Below are positions 9,298-17,364 of a stretch of DNA of 64,000 nucleotides, piece after piece. The stretch covers positions 61,182 through 125,181 of the forward strand of contig JBDRQD010000030.1 in NCBI GenBank assembly GCA_043826455.1. The letters are read 5' to 3'. A program made the translations under genes and the position numbers. Each line of letters starts with the position of its first letter. The stretch's first letter is position 1. Below the pieces are notes generated by a model, which worked only from the letters and a program-made list of their open reading frames with translations, searched no databases and was not told the DNA's origin. Origin of the DNA: Candidatus Bathyarchaeota archaeon (lineage in GTDB: Archaea; Thermoproteota; Bathyarchaeia; TCS64).

Positions 9298-10581
9298 ATG
9301 CAAGCCAACGTTAAAAAAGAGTGGGTCTGGAGCGTGTGCGAGAACCCTATTAGAGTATTATTAGTAGACAGTGATCATCAGGCGGCCAGGTTCACCAAGG
9401 TCAACCTGAGGATCCTGGCCCCTGACATCGAGGTCACTCTCACCGGCTCGCCGGGGCAAGCGCTTGAAAAGTTGAAGCAGGAAGAGTACCACTGTGTCGT
9501 CTCCGAGTACGCGTTACCGGAGATGCACTTCGTCCAGCTATGCTCAAGAGTCAAGGAGCTCACCGACCTGCCCTTCATCCTCTACACGGGGTGGAGAGAC
9601 GAGGAACTGGCTGAGCAAGCCTACACTAGTGGAGTGGACACCGTCATCAGGAAAGAGGAGAGTATAGGCCACTTCAACATTCTCGTAAAGGGGATCCGCG
9701 ACGCAGTCGAAGCCTACTGGCAGAGAAGGCTCTACAGGGACATAGTGGAGGGCAGCCGCGACGCCATAATGATCACCGTCGAGTCCACGATAAAGTACGT
9801 CAACGACGCTTTCCTCGACATGTTCAGGGCCACACATGATAAGGTTGTAGACTCATCTATCATGGATTTCATGGGGCCCCTGGAGAGGCGCCTCATCGAG
9901 GGAGTCGAGGCACAGACGATTGTCCCTCGAAGACCCATAATCTATGAAATCGCCTACAGTCCCGTGAAGGGTGTAGAGCATAGATACGAGGCCTCTGCAT
10001 CCTCCATGACCTACAGAGGACAGACAGCTAAGCTGTTCTTCATCAGAGACGTTACGGATAGGCGTGAAAGAGACCATCTGCTGAAGGCGTTGTACAATCA
10101 CTTGATCCTTCTGGAAGAGACAAAAGAAGTATCTGAGGTGGCGGATATAACCTTGGACATCATGGAGCAGGTCCTGGGTTTCCAGTTCGCCTGCTTCCAG
10201 TTAGAGCGAGGTGGTGTCCTTCACGCTATTGGAACCAGAGGCGCACCTCTCATAAGTAAAGGTTTGCCGTTGACAGGCAATGGGGTGACCGTCCGAGCCG
10301 CGGTCACGGGTAGAACCCAGTATGTCCCGGATATCCGCGTGGATCCAGACTTCATCAAGGGTTCCACAGATTCCCTTTCGGAGCTAGCCGTCCCTGTGAT
10401 AATCGGCGATAGGGCAGTTGCGGTCTTAAATGTGGAGCGCCTGGAGGCCGATGCCTTCACGGCCTTCGACCAGCAACTCTTAGAGACATTAGCTCTACAA
10501 GTTGCCTCAGCCCTCAAAGGAGGCCCTCAATTGACGCGTATGGAACACGAAAAAGTCGCGAAGTCTCTAAACCCTCATTGA
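9298..10581 (+). CDS. Receiver-PAS-GAF signalling protein without output domain
   Basis: IRVLLVD..PFILYTG..K receiver; YRDIVEGSRDAI..YVNDAF..RDVT PAS; VPDIRVDPDF..SELAVP GAF. True start may be slightly downstream. Confidence 0.85.
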   Translation: MQANVKKEWVWSVCENPIRVLLVDSDHQAARFTKVNLRILAPDIEVTLTGSPGQALEKLKQEEYHCVVSEYALPEMHFVQLCSRVKELTDLPFILYTGWRDEELAEQAYTSGVDTVIRKEESIGHFNILVKGIRDAVEAYWQRRLYRDIVEGSRDAIMITVESTIKYVNDAFLDMFRATHDKVVDSSIMDFMGPLERRLIEGVEAQTIVPRRPIIYEIAYSPVKGVEHRYEASASSMTYRGQTAKLFFIRDVTDRRERDHLLKALYNHLILLEETKEVSEVADITLDIMEQVLGFQFACFQLERGGVLHAIGTRGAPLISKGLPLTGNGVTVRAAVTGRTQYVPDIRVDPDFIKGSTDSLSELAVPVIIGDRAVAVLNVERLEADAFTAFDQQLLETLALQVASALKGGPQLTRMEHEKVAKSLNPH

Positions 10582-10719
10582 GTAAAGTACGATTCATGGA
10601 ACACCGAAAAGGATTCTATGAGTAGACTTCCCTCTTTTCAGCCATAATTTGCGCGCTCGTGATCCTGGTTGTCCCTGCTAACGATGATCCATGAATCCGG
10701 CTCAACCGTTAAGACCATG

Positions 10720-10735
10720 GTATTGGTACCAATAC
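10720..10735. repeat. Palindrome copy 3, GTATTGGTACCAATAC
   Basis: Perfect 16-bp palindrome ~30 bp upstream of ATG 10767. Confidence 0.9.
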
Positions 10736-10766
10736 ACGTATATTTTGGGTTAACCTACACTAAGCT

Positions 10767-10997
10767 ATGGTTCGCAGGCACAGGATCAGCGAGGAGGAGG
10801 TTAGGCCTGTGATGAGGGCTGTGCATCGGTGCCTCGCCGAGATGGTTGGGGCTGAGCTGCTCTCCGAGGACGCGTACCACCTGTACACGTTACTGTGGAG
10901 GTTTAAGGAGCACAGGTCGGGGCCGCCCCACTACCCCGACGCGACCCGCGAGGCCATATTAAGTCTCCTTGATGAAACCTCTGCGATGCTCTGGTGA
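10767..10997 (+). CDS. Small hypothetical protein
   Basis: 76 aa ORF with plausible codon usage and AT-rich upstream region. Confidence 0.55.
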   Translation: MVRRHRISEEEVRPVMRAVHRCLAEMVGAELLSEDAYHLYTLLWRFKEHRSGPPHYPDATREAILSLLDETSAMLW

Positions 10998-11144
10998 GGG
11001 CGCGCAGGAGTAGCCACTGACTATTCCATACGTGTGTGTATCTACTACCTGCATAGTTTGAAAGGAAGCAGGTGATTAGGACTTTCACTCATGTGCCGCC
11101 AATCTGTGCGTAGGTTTCTTTCCACAGGGCTCCAAGTATTTGCC

Positions 11145-11795
11145 ATGAATTATGTTGTCGTTCTCGGTGAGGCGCTTCTCGCCGCCGAGCCCGAGGAGAA
11201 GGTCAGGATAGCCCATGCAATCTATGAGCTGGAGGACGCCCGGGCTGAGGCGTACCTCCTCGACGCGCTGGGCGAGTCTGACAATCAGGCGCGGGCAGCT
11301 GTAGCCTACGCCCTCAGCGTCTCCGCCACCCACAGATCAGAGGAGAGGCTAATCCAGCTCCTTGACGACTCCTACTTTGCTGTGAGGGTCTGGGCAGCCT
11401 GCGGATTGGCCCACCTTAGGAGTCGTGCCGCGGTGCCGAGGCTGATTGAGGCGCTCCACGATGAAGAGGAGGGTGTCGTGGCCGCCGCTGTGTCCGCCTT
11501 GGGGGAAATAGTGGACCGGAGGGCCGTGGAGCCCTTGGTGGGGCTTCTCACTGGCAGGAGGTACATCTCTGGAGTTTTACTGTCGCTGGGCTCCATAGGA
11601 GACCCCGGTGTAGTCGAGATCATCGCGGGCTACCTGGACGACTCCGACCAGGATATACGAGAATCAGCGTTGATAGCCCTCAGACGCTTCCCCGGCTCTG
11701 TTCCCCGCGCAGAACTGCAGAGGCTCCTGGAGTGGGAGAGGGATGCAGTGAATAGAGGCTTGGCCAGTTACCTGTTAGGACTTGAACCTAACTGA
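11145..11795 (+). CDS. HEAT-repeat (PBS lyase-like) protein
   Basis: Repeated L..AL.D....VR..AA.ALG units. Confidence 0.9.
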   Translation: MNYVVVLGEALLAAEPEEKVRIAHAIYELEDARAEAYLLDALGESDNQARAAVAYALSVSATHRSEERLIQLLDDSYFAVRVWAACGLAHLRSRAAVPRLIEALHDEEEGVVAAAVSALGEIVDRRAVEPLVGLLTGRRYISGVLLSLGSIGDPGVVEIIAGYLDDSDQDIRESALIALRRFPGSVPRAELQRLLEWERDAVNRGLASYLLGLEPN

Positions 11796-11882
11796 TGGAT
11801 CACATTGCTAACGCAACACAGCATTCACAGCCACTACATAATTTTAATATTAACTTAATTATATCAATAGCGGGGCGTCTGG

Positions 11883-12251
11883 ATGAGCTATGAACTTGAC
11901 ACCGGTAAGGAGGGCCTCCTAATGTTCTTCAAGCCCTGGGAGTTCAGGATCATGTCATACCTTTGGGGCATCAAGCCCTCGGGCGCTAACAGCAGAGCCG
12001 TCTGGATCCATAATCATCAAACCATGGCTGAGCCCATCAGCAGGACCTCGGTGATCAAATTCCTGAAGCTCATGGCTGAAAAAGGGGTTCTCACGGTAGA
12101 GGAAAAGTCTGGTAAAGGAGGCTACCAAGGGATATATTATCAGAAGTACACTGAGCCGGAGTTTAGGCAGTACATTGCTAAACACTTCATAACTAAGCTG
12201 TTGAAGGAGTTTCCTGAGAAGACGCGAAAAGTCATAGAGAGTTATACATGA
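11883..12251 (+). CDS. BlaI/CopY-like winged-helix regulator
   Basis: E.RIM.YLW...ISRTSVIKFL..M.EKGVL...GKGG...IY. Confidence 0.75.
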   Translation: MSYELDTGKEGLLMFFKPWEFRIMSYLWGIKPSGANSRAVWIHNHQTMAEPISRTSVIKFLKLMAEKGVLTVEEKSGKGGYQGIYYQKYTEPEFRQYIAKHFITKLLKEFPEKTRKVIESYT

Positions 12252-12314
12252 TAACGTGAGCACAATTAGGAATCATTTTAAATAACTCTTTTTGTATATT
12301 TTAATTGATATAAT

Positions 12315-12557
12315 ATGAGTGAAGTCAATTATGATCTTACTCCTGTTGAGAAAAAACCAGGCAGAAGGTATCGTAAAGGAAGCAAGTATGACCCTATACT
12401 TGATAAATTCCTCGAAGGTAAGCATAAACTAGTCACAGTTGATGTGGCTGGAAAGGAAGCTAACTACATTAGCATGCAGCTGAAGAAAAGGATCGATGCT
12501 CGCGGACTCAAGGTCAGAGTATCAGTGGCAAATAACAAAGCCTACCTAGAAAAATAA
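12315..12557 (+). CDS. Small basic hypothetical protein
   Basis: 80 aa, Lys/Arg-rich (KKPGRRYRKGSKYDPILDKFL). Confidence 0.65.
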   Translation: MSEVNYDLTPVEKKPGRRYRKGSKYDPILDKFLEGKHKLVTVDVAGKEANYISMQLKKRIDARGLKVRVSVANNKAYLEK

Positions 12558-12600
12558 CTTGCGTACAATTCTAATAATATCAAGGCGCAGGAGTAAGGTG

Positions 12601-13533
12601 ATGACTGAGATACTTGTGACCGGCGGAGCAGGCTTCATAGGCACTAATCTGGTCAACGAGCTGAGGCGCCGCGGCCACCGGGTTCACGCCGCAGACCTCA
12701 TCAACACAGACCGAGAAGGCTACACCCGGGTCGATGTCCGCAGCTACAGACAACTCGAAAAGCTGCTCGACGCCCACAAGTTCGATGTCGTATACCACCT
12801 GGCGGCGGAGTACGGCCGCTGGAACGGTGAGGACTACTACGAGAACCTCTGGCAGACAAACTGCGTAGGCACCAAGCACATTATACGGTTACAGGAAAAA
12901 CTTGGCTTCAGGATGATCTTCTTCAGCAGCGCCGAGGTATACGGCGACTACACGGGCACCATGACCGAGGACGTCATGATCAACAACCCCGTCAAAGACA
13001 CCCTCCAGATGAACGACTACGCCATCACCAAGTGGGCCGGCGAACTCATGTGCATCAACGCAGCCAAGATGACCGGCGCAGAGATAGTCCGCACCCGGCC
13101 AGTGAACTGCTACGGCCCCCACGAGCACTACACGCCCTACCGCGGCTTCATACCCAAGTTCATCTACCACGCACTACACAGGAAACCCTACACCGTCTAC
13201 ACAGGCCACAAACGCATCATCGACTACGTCGAAGACTCGTGCCGCACATGGGCCAACATAGTAGACAACTTCAAGCCGGGCGAAGTCTACAATGTGGGCG
13301 GCTGCCCCGAGTGGATGCACACCATCAAGGAGTACAGCGACATGGTCCTCGAGGCCGTGGGCCTCGACGACCGCCTGGTCACCTACAAGCCCACGGAGCC
13401 CCACACAACCCAGATCAAGACCATCGACTGCACCAAGGCTGTACGCGACCTCAAGCACGACCCCAAGGTGCCCCCCGAGGAGGGCATCAGGCGAACAGTT
13501 GAATGGATGAAGTGGTACTATAGGATGGATTAG
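12601..13533 (+). CDS. NAD-dependent nucleotide-sugar epimerase/dehydratase
   Basis: ILVTGGAGFIG, YHLAA, SSAEVYG, YAITK. Confidence 0.92.
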   Translation: MTEILVTGGAGFIGTNLVNELRRRGHRVHAADLINTDREGYTRVDVRSYRQLEKLLDAHKFDVVYHLAAEYGRWNGEDYYENLWQTNCVGTKHIIRLQEKLGFRMIFFSSAEVYGDYTGTMTEDVMINNPVKDTLQMNDYAITKWAGELMCINAAKMTGAEIVRTRPVNCYGPHEHYTPYRGFIPKFIYHALHRKPYTVYTGHKRIIDYVEDSCRTWANIVDNFKPGEVYNVGGCPEWMHTIKEYSDMVLEAVGLDDRLVTYKPTEPHTTQIKTIDCTKAVRDLKHDPKVPPEEGIRRTVEWMKWYYRMD

Positions 13534-13534
13534 G

Positions 13535-14530
13535 ATGAGCGTATACGACTGCGTGAAAGATAAGACGGTTCTGGTCACCGGCGGAGCCGGAGCCATCGGA
13601 GGCAACCTGGTCAGGAAGCTGGTCGAGCTCCAAGCCAAGGAGGTAGTGATCCTCGACAACCTCAGCAGCAGCTACGCCTGGAACATCCCCCCAGCCCCCG
13701 GCGTCAGGTTCATCCAGGGCGACATCCTGGACGACGAGAAACTCAAGTGGGCCTTCAAGCACAAGCCCGAAATCGTCTACCACCTTGCCGCCCACTTCGC
13801 AAACCAGAACAGCGTCGACAACCCTGAGACAGACCTCATGGTGAACGGCATGGGCATCCTTAAAGTGCTTCAATACAGCCAACTCACCGGCGTAGACCGC
13901 TTCATCTACGCGTCCAGCGGCTGCGGCATATACGGAGAGGACAGCCCCATGCCCTTCAAAGAGGAGTCCGTCTCCATGAAGCTCTACACCCCCTACCAGG
14001 TCACCAAGATGCTGGGCGAACTCTACACCAACTACTACCACAACCTCTACGACATGCCCACCGTCAACGCCCGGTTCTTCAACAGCTACGGCCCCGGCGA
14101 GGTCCCCGGCAGGTACAGGAACGTCATCCCCAACTTCATATACTGGGCCATCAACGGCCAGCCCCTACCAATAACAGGCACCGGCGACGAGACCAGGGAC
14201 TTCACCTATGTAGGCGACATCGTCGACGCCCTGATCCGCATGGCGTACTTCGATGAAGCAATAGGGGAAGCCTTCAACATAGGAACCTCCAGAGAGATAA
14301 TGATCAAGGACCTAGCACAGTGGATCAATGAATTAACTGAAAACTCGGCCGGAATCGTTTACAAGCCTCGCCGCAACTGGGATAAGAAAAACCGGCTTCT
14401 AAGTAGCATAGAGAAAGCCCGAAGAGTCCTCAGATACGATCCAAAGACCGACTTCAAGGAGGGCCTCGGCCACACCTACAACTGGTTCACAGAGAACCTG
14501 GACAACATCAAACACTCAGCAGAGTTCTAA
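13535..14530 (+). CDS. NAD-dependent nucleotide-sugar epimerase/dehydratase
   Basis: VLVTGGAGAIG, YHLAA, YQVTK, RFFNSYGP, GDETRDFTYV. Confidence 0.92.
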   Translation: MSVYDCVKDKTVLVTGGAGAIGGNLVRKLVELQAKEVVILDNLSSSYAWNIPPAPGVRFIQGDILDDEKLKWAFKHKPEIVYHLAAHFANQNSVDNPETDLMVNGMGILKVLQYSQLTGVDRFIYASSGCGIYGEDSPMPFKEESVSMKLYTPYQVTKMLGELYTNYYHNLYDMPTVNARFFNSYGPGEVPGRYRNVIPNFIYWAINGQPLPITGTGDETRDFTYVGDIVDALIRMAYFDEAIGEAFNIGTSREIMIKDLAQWINELTENSAGIVYKPRRNWDKKNRLLSSIEKARRVLRYDPKTDFKEGLGHTYNWFTENLDNIKHSAEF

Positions 14531-14619
14531 GCCGCCTGAAGACCTTAACCCTTACCCGACATCAGAAATCAACAACATGCCCCCCTAACAGATATAAACC
14601 CGTGTACAGAACCGTTTAC

Positions 14620-14850
14620 ATGGCCACCATGACACAGGTCCAAGTCAAAATACCGGAGAACCTCGTCAAAAAGATTGACGAATGGATCATAGACGGCAGG
14701 TTCACCAGCAGAAGCGAGGCCATCAGAACCATCCTCACCCTCTACGAGGAACGGGAACGCACCCGAGAGTTCTACACGATGCTCCACGGCAGAGCCTCCG
14801 AGGCCCAGGAGCACCCCGAGCTGCTCATACCCTTAGAGGAAGCCCCTTGA
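14620..14850 (+). CDS. RHH antitoxin
   Basis: VQVKIPENL..KIDEWI..GRFTSRSEAIR; stop overlaps the toxin start (TTGA). Confidence 0.85.
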   Translation: MATMTQVQVKIPENLVKKIDEWIIDGRFTSRSEAIRTILTLYEERERTREFYTMLHGRASEAQEHPELLIPLEEAP

Positions 14851-15110
14851 GGATCCTCCTCCACCCCAAGGCTGCCGAGTACCTCATGAAAAGTAGCGAC
14901 GATCCTCGGTCAAGAATAAAGCAGCGCCTACACGAGTTGGACGACCAGCCCGAGAAGAAGGGAAAACGACTGAAACACTCGCCCTATTATAGCCTTCGGA
15001 TAGGAGACTACAGAGCCATCTACATGGTAGACCCGGTTAAAGCCCAAGTCGTCATCCTGTACATCGGCCACAGAAAGGACGTCTACGACGCCTTCGATAA
15101 AATATTCTAA
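14847..15110 (+). CDS. relE: RelE/ParE-family toxin
   Basis: ILLHPKA...YSLRIGDYRAIY...ILYIGHRKDVY; TTG start. Confidence 0.9.
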   Translation: MRILLHPKAAEYLMKSSDDPRSRIKQRLHELDDQPEKKGKRLKHSPYYSLRIGDYRAIYMVDPVKAQVVILYIGHRKDVYDAFDKIF

Positions 15111-15147
15111 CTAAACAAACACGGCATATAGTAGCCGTACAATAATA

Positions 15148-15366
15148 ATGAAAGCCAAGAAAATAGGTCTCACTGCTCCAATCCCGTCGCTTCTCCAGGG
15201 GCTTCTCCATGGCGTACCCAGCTCTCGCCGGGCTGCCGTAAACCAAAGTATCGATGGGCACATCTGGCCAGAGACCTATACGGTTACCGTGTTCTGCAGG
15301 ATTGATGTCGTAGATTACCATGCAGTAATGAACGACGAGCACAGCGACTACAAGTGGGTAAACTAA
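15148..15366 (+). pseudogene. Possible NUDIX hydrolase C-terminal remnant
   Basis: Ends VMNDEHSDYKWV (NUDIX EH..Y.W motif) but has no Nudix box. Confidence 0.4.
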
Positions 15367-15652
15367 GCACCAGAAGACGCTCGCCCTCCTACTGCAAATG
15401 ATCTAGGAATCAAAGATCTTCCTACAATAATGACAACCATGCATCAACCGCTAAGAAAGGGTAGAGAGGTGTCCTAAGCAAAAAATCCGTAAAATATGGG
15501 TCTTAATTTATCCATTCAGCGGAGACGAAGCCGCCCCAAGGAATAGTAATAGATTACATGAAAAGCACTCACAATGGTTGAAGAACCCTTGCTTGCAACT
15601 CCCATTATTAGCACCAATCCCTTCACTATCCTGCCACATACAGAAAAGCACC

Positions 15653-15965
15653 GAAAAGCATCAACCCTGAAAAAGATGAATTTTTTTCCGCCTTATCCCG
15701 GCGGGGGCGGGATAAGAGGCACGGACACACTGGGTAATGAGTCCACTGTGAAAAAACGTAGGGGGGTACTATATTATGACGAATTTTTCTACCATAAAAC
15801 GGGTCACTCGCCACCCGCGAGGCCAAAAAAACCCGGGGAACACACGTGAAAAAGGTAGGGGGGTACCAATTTTAGGAAGAGAAAACCTCCTAAAATAGGG
15901 GTCAGAGCCCCATACATGAGGCAAAAGAAGCCCATGACCACGACACTCACACCAAAGAAGATAAC
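15653..15965 (+). repeat. Dispersed non-coding element, copy A
   Basis: GAAAAGCAT..AGATGAATTTT, CTTATCCCG/CGGGATAAG hairpin, GTGAAAAAGGTAGGGGGGTA, 11-6-11 repeat at 15869-15896; homologous to ~59974-60342 (-). Confidence 0.8.
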
Positions 15966-16003
15966 TAAAATCCTCTGAATTAGGTTGCCTCGTTCCTATG
16001 TTG

Positions 16004-16080
16004 TTCAAGGAGGGCATCGGTCACACCTATAACTGGTTTATGTGAACTGGGAAAACATCAAACAGTCAGCCGAGTTCTAA
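16004..16080 (+). pseudogene. Diverged duplicate of the last 25 codons plus stop of the 13535-14530 epimerase
   Basis: ttcaaggagggcatcggtcacacctataactgg...aacatcaaacagtcagccgagttctaa versus 14453-14530; 1-nt deletion. Confidence 0.9.
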
Positions 16081-16117
16081 CTCAACAATAAAATAACTGT
16101 ACATCAATCTTAGACTG

Positions 16118-17197
16118 ATGGCTCTCGGCATCATCCTCGGCACCCGCCCCGAGATAATAAAGATGGGCCCCATAATACGCCTATGCGAGAAGAGGTCCGT
16201 CCCCTACTACCTGCTCCACACTGGCCAGCACTACAGCTACGAGATGGATCAGGCCTTCTTCAGGGACCTGGAGCTACCCGAGCCCAGGATCAACCTGAAC
16301 GTGGGCTCAGGCACCCACGCGGAGCAGACGGCCAGCATCATGGTCGGCGTAGAGAAGACCCTGCAGAAGGAGGACACAGGCGTAGCCCTCGTCCAGGGGG
16401 ACACCAACACCGTCCTGGCCGGCGCCTTGGCCGCCGCCAAGCTCCAGGTTCCAGTGGGCCATGTGGAGGCCGGGCTGCACAGCTACGACAGGGGGATGCC
16501 GGAGGAGATCAACCGGGTGGTAGCCGACCACCTGTCCGACTTCCTCTTCGCGCCCACAGAGGAATCCAAGAGAAACCTCCTCAAGGAGGGCATACCCGAT
16601 GAAAGGATCCATGTCACAGGCAACACAGTGGTGGACGCCGTCCACCAGAACCTGGAGCTGGCCAAGGAGAAGTCAACGATCCTGAAGAAGCTGTCCCTGG
16701 AGCCCGGCCAGTACATGGTGGTCACAGCCCACCGCGCCGAGAACGTCGACCGCAGAGACCGGCTCACAGGGATAATAGAGGGCCTTGGCCTAGTCGCGGA
16801 GCACCTGGACCAGCCCATCATCTACCCCGTCCACCCCCGGACACAGAAGATGATCAAGGAGTTCAGGCTGACGACCCGGAACCTCAAGATCGTTCAGCCC
16901 CTAGGCTACCTGGACTTCCTGGCCCTGGAGGCATCATCTAGCCTGGTCCTCACCGACTCCGGCGGCGTCCAGGAGGAGGCCTGCATACTGGGCGTCCCCT
17001 GCGTCACGCTGCGGGAGAACACGGAGCGCCCCGAGACCCTTCAGGTGGGCTCGAATGTCTTGGTCGGGGCAGAGCCGGAGAGGATACTCCAAGGAGCCTT
17101 GGAGATGAGCCGGAGGAAGAGGGGTTGGCCTAATCCCTTCGGGGACGGAAACGCGGCGGAGAAGATTATTAAAATTATCGAGGAATCCCGAAATTAA
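16118..17197 (+). CDS. wecB: UDP-N-acetylglucosamine 2-epimerase (non-hydrolysing)
   Basis: GTRPEIIK, HTGQHY, QGDT, HVEAG, PEEINR, TDSGG.QEEA, ENTERPE, PFGDG. Confidence 0.96.
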   Translation: MALGIILGTRPEIIKMGPIIRLCEKRSVPYYLLHTGQHYSYEMDQAFFRDLELPEPRINLNVGSGTHAEQTASIMVGVEKTLQKEDTGVALVQGDTNTVLAGALAAAKLQVPVGHVEAGLHSYDRGMPEEINRVVADHLSDFLFAPTEESKRNLLKEGIPDERIHVTGNTVVDAVHQNLELAKEKSTILKKLSLEPGQYMVVTAHRAENVDRRDRLTGIIEGLGLVAEHLDQPIIYPVHPRTQKMIKEFRLTTRNLKIVQPLGYLDFLALEASSSLVLTDSGGVQEEACILGVPCVTLRENTERPETLQVGSNVLVGAEPERILQGALEMSRRKRGWPNPFGDGNAAEKIIKIIEESRN

Positions 17198-17221
17198 CGT
17201 GTATTGGTACCAATACACGTT
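17196..17221. repeat. Palindrome copy 4, AACGTGTATTGGTACCAATACACGTT
   Basis: Perfect 26-bp palindrome overlapping the wecB stop. Confidence 0.92.
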
Positions 17222-17364
17222 TATCGACACTGGGTATGCCTGAGTCTCTAAGGTACGTACGTGTCATTGTCTGCGCTCTGCCTGGCTCCTAGCGACTGGT
17301 CTTGGATCAGGATGCAAAGTTCTTAACAGCCAAAAATAATGCTACAGGTGCGCGGTGATCCTGG

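Noticed and set aside
14682..14846. N-terminal extension of RelE in the ORF track
   Set aside because: It overlaps the antitoxin in another frame; the TTG at 14847 gives a typical 87-aa toxin with coupled stop/start.
15574..16017. Short ORFs over element A (and 59942-60438 over element B)
   Set aside because: No protein motifs; conservation between copies is in nucleotide motifs and hairpins with length-variable linkers.
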